Of a stretch of DNA of 64,000 nt, positions 57,850-64,000 are shown in pieces. Position 1 is the stretch's first letter. Every line of letters begins with the position of its first letter. This stretch comes from Methanobacteriota archaeon (lineage in GTDB: Bacteria > Bacteroidota > Bacteroidia > Flavobacteriales_D > Sanyastnellaceae): assembly GCA_002723115.1 (NCBI GenBank), contig PBNL01000024.1, positions 10,101-74,100 on the forward strand, read 5' to 3'. The position numbers were made by a program, and so were the translations under genes. Below the pieces are notes generated by a model. The model worked only from the letters and a program-made list of their open reading frames with translations, did not search any database and was not told where the DNA came from.

Positions 57850-59139
57850 ATGGAAAACGAACTGAACTCAATTGATCCTGAAATCCTAGTTGGCCTAGAT
57901 ATAGGTACTACAAAAATTGCCTGCTTTGTTGGGCAAAGAAACGAGCACGGTAAAATCGAAATCCTAGGATATGGTAAAAGTGAATCTGTTGGAGTTTCTA
58001 GAGGTGTCGTATCGAATATTGACAGGACAGTACAATCTATAAAGGCTGCTGTTAAAGCTGCTGAAGAGGATTCTGGGGTAGAAATCAAATTGGTAAACGT
58101 AGGTATTGCTGGGCAGCATATTAAGAGTTTACAGCACAGAGGCATGATTACTCGAGAAGAGACTGAGGATGAAATAGCACAAACTGATATCAACGAATTA
58201 GTTGACGACATGAGTAAGCTGGTAATGCCTCCAGGTGCTCAAATCCTTCACGTTCTTCCTCAAGAGTTCACAGTTGATTCAGAACCTGGGATTAAAGATC
58301 CTGTAGGAATGGCTGGCGTTAGACTTGAAGCTAATTTTCATATCATCACTGGTGACATTGCTGCAGCAAAGAATATTGTTAAATGTGTAAAGAAGGCAGG
58401 TTTAGAGTTAGATAAATTAGTTCTTGAACCACTCGCGTCATCATCATCGGTATTGACTGAAGAAGAAAAAGAAGCTGGTGTAGCATTAATTGATATAGGT
58501 GGTGGTACAACTGACATTGCAATTTTCCAAGACGGAATCATTAGACATACTGCTGTAATTCCATTTGGCGGAAAGGCAATAAGCCAAGACATAAGCAACG
58601 GCTGCACTATTATGGCAAAGCACGCAGAGAAATTAAAGTGCAAGTTTGGTTCAGCATTAAGCCAAGAGATGAAGGAGAACGAACTAGTATGCATACCTGG
58701 ACTTCAAGGTCGACCGCCAAAAGAAATATCTCTGAAAAATCTTGCGAGTATTATAGAGGCAAGGATGACTGAAATCATCGAGCACGTTCACTACGAGATT
58801 AAAGCGTCTGGATTTGGCGATCAACTCATTGGTGGAATTGTAGTAACAGGTGGTGGATCACAGCTTAGACACATTACTCAACTATTCCAATACGTAACAG
58901 GATTAGATTGCAGAGTTGGATATCCTAATGAGCATTTACACGAGCCTCCTTCGGATACTAACATCCCTTCTTTCTCTACCGGTGTTGGTCTTGTTATCAG
59001 AGGTTATGAAGACATGAGATTGTCGGAAGCCGATAAAAAGGATCCACTTAAAAAGAAGAAAGTAAAACGCAACGGATTTATGGACTCGTTCTTGACTAAC
59101 ATCAAGACTTGGTTCGAACAAGAAGAACAAGATTTATAA
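57850..59139 (+). CDS. ftsA: cell-division protein FtsA
   Basis: Actin-like ATPase with VGLDIGTTKIA, DIGGGTTD and VVTGGGSQL. The ATG at 57850 lies just after the ftsQ stop. Alternative upstream ATGs are at 57814 and 57826. Confidence 0.88.
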   Translation: MENELNSIDPEILVGLDIGTTKIACFVGQRNEHGKIEILGYGKSESVGVSRGVVSNIDRTVQSIKAAVKAAEEDSGVEIKLVNVGIAGQHIKSLQHRGMITREETEDEIAQTDINELVDDMSKLVMPPGAQILHVLPQEFTVDSEPGIKDPVGMAGVRLEANFHIITGDIAAAKNIVKCVKKAGLELDKLVLEPLASSSSVLTEEEKEAGVALIDIGGGTTDIAIFQDGIIRHTAVIPFGGKAISQDISNGCTIMAKHAEKLKCKFGSALSQEMKENELVCIPGLQGRPPKEISLKNLASIIEARMTEIIEHVHYEIKASGFGDQLIGGIVVTGGGSQLRHITQLFQYVTGLDCRVGYPNEHLHEPPSDTNIPSFSTGVGLVIRGYEDMRLSEADKKDPLKKKKVKRNGFMDSFLTNIKTWFEQEEQDL

Positions 59140-59165
59140 GCCCTCAACACCCAAAATATACTGAT

Positions 59166-60731
59166 ATGCAATTTGCTCTACCAAAATCATCAAACTCACC
59201 TATCAAAGTAATAGGTGTAGGAGGTGGCGGTTCAAACGCCGTTAACACAATGTTTGAACAGGGAATCAAAGGTGTAGATTTCGTCGTTTGTAACACGGAT
59301 TCTCAAGCACTTGATGTTAGCCCTGTACCATTAAAGGTTCAACTTGGATCAACTCTAACTGCAGGCATGGGTGCTGGATCTATTCCAGAAGTTGGCAAAA
59401 ATGCCGCTATTGAAAATCTCGATGACTTGATCGAAATTTTGGGCTCTGATACGAGAATGGTTTTCGTAACTGCTGGTATGGGTGGAGGAACAGGAACAGG
59501 TGCTGGACCAGTTATTGCTAAAGCTTGTAAGGAATTAAATATACTTACTGTTGGAATAGTAACTGTTCCATTTAGGTTTGAGGGTAGAAAGAGGTCTGAT
59601 CAAGCAAAAGAGGGATTAGCAAACATGCGTGATTCTGTAGACACTCTACTTGTTATTCGCAACGACAAACTAAGAGAACTTTATGGCAACCAGAGTATCT
59701 CTAAAGCTTTCGTAAATGCAGATCAAGTTCTTTGTACTGCAGCAAAAGGTATTGCTGAAGTAATTACACGAACTGGCCAAATCAACGTCGATATGAATGA
59801 CGTTCAAACTGTAATGAAGGATGCTGGAAATGCAATCATGGGTGCTGGTTCAGCTTCTGGCGAAGGTAGAGCGCAGAAAGCCGTAACACTTGCTCTTGAA
59901 AGTCCACTTCTAAATGACAACGACATCACAGGTGCACGCCAAGTACTTCTGAACATAACTGTTGGTTCAGATGAAATCCTTATGGATGAAATCATGGAGA
60001 TAACTGATTACATTCAGGACGCTGCAGGCCAAAGTGCAGAAGTGATTTGGGGTTATGCTATTGATGAGTCTCTAACAGAAGACGTTTGTGTAACTGTAAT
60101 TGCGACAGGATTTGAAGCGCATGAAATCACTACTTCATCTGAACCAGTTGCTCCACGCAAAATTGTTCATGATCTAGGTGACGATGCAAAAGAAGTAACG
60201 AAAGCAGTTGAAACTCCAGTGAGTACATCAACGCCAGAAATTGAAACAATTCCTCAACCAAGTCTATTTACAGAAGAAACAGTTGAAGCAACAGAGGTTG
60301 AGCCTTTTGTTGAATCAACTGTAGAGGCAAGCGAATCGAATGAGGAAATTGAAGAGATTGAAGACGATAAGATCATACACAATCTAGATGATGCTCCACT
60401 TTCAGAAAATATTGTAACAAATACAGCAGCAACTGAAACTGCATCACTAGAAGAAAACAAGCAGAAGGCTAGAGAAGCATTCCTTGAGCGTCAAAGCCAA
60501 GTAAAGCGTACTCTAAACGATGTAAAAATGAAACTTCGTCTTCCAGGAAGAATAGCTGATTTAGAAAACGAGCCAGCTTACAAGCGTCGAAATGTAACAT
60601 TAGATGACGTAAGTCATTCTTCAGAATCATCAGTGAGTCACTTCTCAATTAATGAAGAGGTAGATGAAAATGGAGAAAGAAAAATAGAACTTAGAGACGA
60701 CAACCCATTCCTACACGATAACGTAGATTAA
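59166..60731 (+). CDS. ftsZ: cell-division GTPase FtsZ
   Basis: Has IKVIGVGGGGSNAV and the tubulin signature GMGGGTGTGAGP, a long acidic linker and a conserved tail NPFLHDNVD. The start is re-set to MQFALPK. Confidence 0.96.
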   Translation: MQFALPKSSNSPIKVIGVGGGGSNAVNTMFEQGIKGVDFVVCNTDSQALDVSPVPLKVQLGSTLTAGMGAGSIPEVGKNAAIENLDDLIEILGSDTRMVFVTAGMGGGTGTGAGPVIAKACKELNILTVGIVTVPFRFEGRKRSDQAKEGLANMRDSVDTLLVIRNDKLRELYGNQSISKAFVNADQVLCTAAKGIAEVITRTGQINVDMNDVQTVMKDAGNAIMGAGSASGEGRAQKAVTLALESPLLNDNDITGARQVLLNITVGSDEILMDEIMEITDYIQDAAGQSAEVIWGYAIDESLTEDVCVTVIATGFEAHEITTSSEPVAPRKIVHDLGDDAKEVTKAVETPVSTSTPEIETIPQPSLFTEETVEATEVEPFVESTVEASESNEEIEEIEDDKIIHNLDDAPLSENIVTNTAATETASLEENKQKAREAFLERQSQVKRTLNDVKMKLRLPGRIADLENEPAYKRRNVTLDDVSHSSESSVSHFSINEEVDENGERKIELRDDNPFLHDNVD

Positions 60732-61186
60732 TGTCAAGACTACATAAACAAGTTGTTGATGGCATCAAGGATGCAATGCGCAACAAAGACAGAGTAAGGC
60801 TAGCAACATTACGTGATGCTAAATCGAAATTTGTACTTGAACAGACCAAAACAGGATCTACAGATGAACTTGATGATGCTGAGGTTATTAAAATTCTCAG
60901 CAAACTTCAACGTCAAAGACTAGATACTGCAGAAGTCTACACATCTCAAGGGCGTCAGGATTTAGCAGATGATGAATTAGCACAAGCAGATGTATTAGCT
61001 GATTTCCTCCCTCAAGCTCTTTCTGAAGAGGAAGTAAAAGCAAAAGTTGAAGAAATTATTTCACGACTTGGAGCTACAGGCATGGGCGATATGGGAAAAG
61101 TCATGGGCGTAGCTTCAGGCGAAATGGCTGGAAGAGCTGAAGGCAAAGTAATATCTCAGTTTGTTCGAGAGATATTAAATAGCTAG
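60731..61186 (+). CDS. GatB/YqeY domain-containing protein
   Basis: 151 aa with the pattern I.DGIKDAMRNKDRVRLATLRD and a C-terminal MGKVMGV...GRAEGK. Confidence 0.82.
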   Translation: MSRLHKQVVDGIKDAMRNKDRVRLATLRDAKSKFVLEQTKTGSTDELDDAEVIKILSKLQRQRLDTAEVYTSQGRQDLADDELAQADVLADFLPQALSEEEVKAKVEEIISRLGATGMGDMGKVMGVASGEMAGRAEGKVISQFVREILNS

Positions 61187-62197
61187 TTACTTCAATAAAA
61201 TCCTGATCTCAATTCCTGCAAGAGTTGAAGAAACTGCACCCTGAATTCTATCCTGCTCAAGTGGTGCGGATGATTTCCAAACTGATTCTATCCAGTAATC
61301 ATCAGTTATTGATCTAGACCAAAAAAATCCTACGTAAAATCCTGGATTTTCACCCTTAGGTTCTTTTTCAAAACCCATTTCAGCCATAAAAGGGAAAGCG
61401 GCCCATCCCATTCTTCCGAGATAAGCCTCATAATCTCTTGACGGTTCAGACGTGCCATTTACTCCCTGTGTAAAGTCGTTAACAAAAGCATCTGAGGGGC
61501 TAAACTCAACCCCCACTCCACCAGCTGCAGTGATGAAATATCCCTTTCCCAATTCAACCCTCGTTTCAGCAATTATGGGAATCCTATAACTCATTGCTCT
61601 AAGCAGATTAATTGTATCTGTAGTGTAAATGTTTGAATCGTCATTTGAGTAGTTCATCTCTACCATGTAATTCCTTCGAATCCACATGATCCCAGTACCA
61701 ATTGTCCAACTCTCCTTAAAACGATTATTAATTCTCACCCCAAAACTTTGGCTTAACAAAGGATTCCAAGAACTAGTTAAAGTGTCATTTGAAATCACAT
61801 GTGGTTCAACTCCTGCAAATGCAAATGGCATACTAGCTCTGCCTTGTACTGCTAACTCCCAGCCATATTTAGATTCAATTTGCTGTCCATAAGCTCTAGT
61901 ACTAAAAGCTCCGATTAATGCAAGCAATAACGTGGCACCCGTAACAATAAGCATTGTCCACCTCAACCCCTTATTCTCAATAAAGGGCTTACGAATATCC
62001 GCGTGTAAAAGATGGTTATGTCTCAATGCTTCATTAAAATGTGTCCTTGGAATTCCAAACTTAAATTCATTCCTCTCATATGGTATTTCATCATCCATTA
62101 GAGATTTCTCAAATCTATTTGCGTGTTCCTCTTCATTAAAAGTAAACACGTAATATCTATTATCTGCTGGGTGAAGAAAGTAATTCGTCCAACGCAT
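61187..62197 (-). CDS. hypothetical membrane-anchored protein (N-terminal soluble domain, one TM, beta-rich C-terminal domain)
   Basis: 336 aa counted from the ATG that overlaps the nitroreductase TGA (TGATG). The TM is WTMLIVTGATLLLALIGAF. The C-terminal ~230 aa has an alternating beta-strand pattern. Confidence 0.45.
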   Translation of the reverse strand: MRWTNYFLHPADNRYYVFTFNEEEHANRFEKSLMDDEIPYERNEFKFGIPRTHFNEALRHNHLLHADIRKPFIENKGLRWTMLIVTGATLLLALIGAFSTRAYGQQIESKYGWELAVQGRASMPFAFAGVEPHVISNDTLTSSWNPLLSQSFGVRINNRFKESWTIGTGIMWIRRNYMVEMNYSNDDSNIYTTDTINLLRAMSYRIPIIAETRVELGKGYFITAAGGVGVEFSPSDAFVNDFTQGVNGTSEPSRDYEAYLGRMGWAAFPFMAEMGFEKEPKGENPGFYVGFFWSRSITDDYWIESVWKSSAPLEQDRIQGAVSSTLAGIEIRILLK

Positions 62198-62784
62198 CAC
62201 TCATCAATCCAATCAGTAACGTATTCAAGTGGTTTCCTGTGACTTTTGGGCCATTCACCTTCAGGGTATCCCAAATAAAATAATCCAAGCACCTTACCCC
62301 CTTCTTCCAAATTCAAAAACTCTCTAACCTCCTCTGAATAAAGATATTCTGGTGTCGAATACTTTGCCCCTATCCCATGAGCTGTGCATGTTAAATACAT
62401 GTTTTGGACTGCGCATGCAATAGCTTCAATTTCCTCAATCTCTGGAATGCGACCATTTGGATCTGGCACCATTGTAACTGCAATAATTACTGAACACCTA
62501 CCCCCTCTTGATTGAAGCTTATCATATTTCTTTTGGCTAAACTTATCTTCAGAGACAAAGTTCTTATACCAAACAGGAAGCCTTTGTCCAATCCTATCAA
62601 CACCTTCACCAATGAACACCTTAAACCTCCAAGGCTGAGTCATTCCATGAGTTGGCGCCCATGTCCCATTTCTCAAAATTTCTTCAACCACTTCTCTGTG
62701 TACCTTCCTAGAAGAATACTTTTCAGGACCAATAGTTCTCCTATCCCTGATAAGTTCGTTAGTATCACTTAAATTATGCCTCAT
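62197..62784 (-). CDS. nitroreductase family protein
   Basis: Has RRTIGPEKY and APTHGMTQPWRFKVF family motifs. Met15 (62784) is preferred because the longer form overlaps the divergent SDR start. Confidence 0.8.
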   Translation of the reverse strand: MRHNLSDTNELIRDRRTIGPEKYSSRKVHREVVEEILRNGTWAPTHGMTQPWRFKVFIGEGVDRIGQRLPVWYKNFVSEDKFSQKKYDKLQSRGGRCSVIIAVTMVPDPNGRIPEIEEIEAIACAVQNMYLTCTAHGIGAKYSTPEYLYSEEVREFLNLEEGGKVLGLFYLGYPEGEWPKSHRKPLEYVTDWIDE

Positions 62785-62816
62785 ATTATTTGCAAAGTTA
62801 ACCCCACCTTTGTCGT

Positions 62817-63596
62817 ATGCATACAATTCTTATCACAGGTGCTGGAAGTGGTATTGGAAAAGCCACTGCGCAGCTTATTTCAAAAAGAGAAAACACAAGG
62901 CTATTACTTGTAGGCCGTAGAAAAGACAAGCTTGAAGAGGTTTTAAATTGTCTCGAAAACTCATCAGCACATGCAATAGGAGCTGTTGATGTAAGTAAAA
63001 AAGAAGAATTAATTGAATTTCTAGCTTCTGATCCGGCTAATTTAAAAGAACATCCACTTGTTAGTGTGTTTGCCAATGCAGGCATTGGAGGTCCAAACTT
63101 CTTCGGCCCAGATGATAGATGGAAAGAGATAATCGATATTAATCTAACTGGGGCTTACAATACATGTATGGCTTGCCATCCATGGCTAGTAAAATCTGGA
63201 GAACAAGGGATTGAAATTAGACATATTACCATCACTTCTAGTTGTCTTGCTCGTTTTGGGGTACCAGGTCTTCCTGCATACATAAGTTCTAAAACTGGAA
63301 TTATGGGACTTGTAAGAGGTCTTGCTGTAGAATGGTCACGTTCAGGAATATTAGTTAATGCAATTGCACCTGGTTGGGTTGATACAGATATGGCAAGAGA
63401 AAGTATTCAGGGGCATGCAGGTATGTTAGGCAAAACCTATGATGAAATGTATTCTGAAGTATGTGAGGAACTACCCACTGGACGCATGAGTGATCCAAGT
63501 GAAATTGCAGCCTTAGTTCAGTTCCTTTTCTCAAATAGACAAAGATCGATTACAGGTATTACTCTAGATATAAATAATGGATCCTGGATGGGCTAA
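62817..63596 (+). CDS. SDR family oxidoreductase
   Basis: Has TGAGSGIGKA (TGxxxGxG), NAGIGG, catalytic YxxxK (YISSK) and a PG motif (IAPGWVDTDM). Confidence 0.88.
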   Translation: MHTILITGAGSGIGKATAQLISKRENTRLLLVGRRKDKLEEVLNCLENSSAHAIGAVDVSKKEELIEFLASDPANLKEHPLVSVFANAGIGGPNFFGPDDRWKEIIDINLTGAYNTCMACHPWLVKSGEQGIEIRHITITSSCLARFGVPGLPAYISSKTGIMGLVRGLAVEWSRSGILVNAIAPGWVDTDMARESIQGHAGMLGKTYDEMYSEVCEELPTGRMSDPSEIAALVQFLFSNRQRSITGITLDINNGSWMG

Positions 63597-63620
63597 ATAG
63601 TCAATATCATATTAATGAAA

Positions 63621-63650
63621 AAGGCTTCACTTATGTGAGGCCTTTTCGTT
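63621..63650 (+). terminator. rho-independent terminator after the SDR gene
   Basis: AAGGCTTCAC-ttat-GTGAGGCCTT (one mismatch) followed by TTCGTTT. Confidence 0.6.
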
Positions 63651-63671
63651 TATTAATATTACTGCATATAA

Positions 63672-63697
63672 AAAGGCCCCGCTTTCGCGAGGCCTTT
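63672..63697 (-). terminator. rho-independent terminator for the minus-strand edge gene
   Basis: AAAGGCCCCGC-tttc-GCGAGGCCTTT stem (one mismatch). When read on the minus strand it is followed by TTTTTAT. Confidence 0.55.
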
Positions 63698-63724
63698 CTT
63701 TTATCAGTCGTTATACGATGTAGA

Positions 63725-64000
63725 TTATTCACAAATCGTACCGAACGCTCCTAAGAAGATAAGAAGGTCACCAGTAGTGATCGATCCGTCTCCGTTAAGA
63801 TCCGCAGGACATGGGTTTGCGATATCGAACTCACAAGTACCGTTATCAGATACTGCAGTCTCATCGTAGTTAGTTGCATCTGGGTAAGTACAACCGTCAC
63901 AGCCTTCGAATACACACTGATCAACGTCAGAGATGTTAGCTGCTGGATCGTAGTTACAAGCACATGAGATATCACAACCTACAACACACTGGTCACCAGA
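63725..64000 (-). CDS. C-terminal fragment of a Cys-rich NYD-repeat protein with dockerin-like calcium-binding loop (5' end outside the window)
   Basis: The minus-strand frame is open from base 64000 to the TAA at 63727-63725. It translates as SGDQCVVGCDISCACNYDPAANISDVDQCVFEGCDGCTYPDATNYDETAVSDNGTCEFDIANPCPADLNGDGSITTGDLLIFLGAFGTICE*. It is absent from the ORF track because no start codon lies in the window. Confidence 0.6.
   Translation of the reverse strand, partial: SGDQCVVGCDISCACNYDPAANISDVDQCVFEGCDGCTYPDATNYDETAVSDNGTCEFDIANPCPADLNGDGSITTGDLLIFLGAFGTICE

Noticed and set aside
63751-63975. 74-aa minus-strand ORF listed by the track at the 3' edge.
   Set aside because: A different minus-strand frame is open across the entire 63725-64000 span. 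That frame encodes a coherent Cys-rich repeat and dockerin-like sequence with its own terminator. The listed frame gives a T/L/V/S/Q-rich product with no recognisable features.

Overview
The window reads as a compact, AT-rich chromosomal segment of a Bacteroidota genome, probably a Flavobacteriia-type gliding bacterium. The taxon is inferred from gene content (gldB, gldC, gldKLMN, PorP/SprF, a T9SS C-terminal sorting domain), TAnnTTTG promoter boxes and A-rich, Shine-Dalgarno-less leaders. Almost everything is core housekeeping. On the minus strand, carB heads a tightly overlapped string of poorly characterised envelope genes (1.6-10.2 kb). Next come a TonB-dependent receptor behind a TPP riboswitch, rsgA, an ABC ATPase, groES-groEL, and the secG, LptE-like, sigma-54 activator and miaB string. 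On the plus strand lie topA, an arginase-family gene and porP/sprF-gldK-gldL-gldM-gldN. These are followed by an ABC-F ATPase, then rluD, a T9SS cargo gene, a PASTA protein and purL on the minus strand, then dtd, nadE, gldB-gldC and yihA. A complete dcw cluster follows (mraZ-rsmH-ftsL-ftsI-murE-mraY-murD-ftsW-murG-murC-ftsQ-ftsA-ftsZ, 45.3-60.7 kb). After it come a YqeY-like gene, a nitroreductase, an SDR and an edge-truncated Cys-rich repeat protein. I see no rRNA, tRNA, CRISPR array, transposase, integrase, phage or recognisable defence island, and nothing I can defend as a clearly novel multi-gene system. The observations most worth a second look are: (1) an unannotated TPP riboswitch; (2) a phased GTG[G/T] box array (candidate MraZ operator) and a second repeat family upstream of mraZ; (3) patchy GC-rich, strand-skewed tracts inside the dcw genes that ignore gene boundaries; (4) the uncharacterised envelope gene string ending in a pseudo-receiver; (5) a missed partial ORF at the 3' edge; (6) adjacent perfect palindromes between miaB and topA. 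Several ORF-track starts look too far upstream and are re-set below. All function calls come from motif and family recognition by eye, with no database search.
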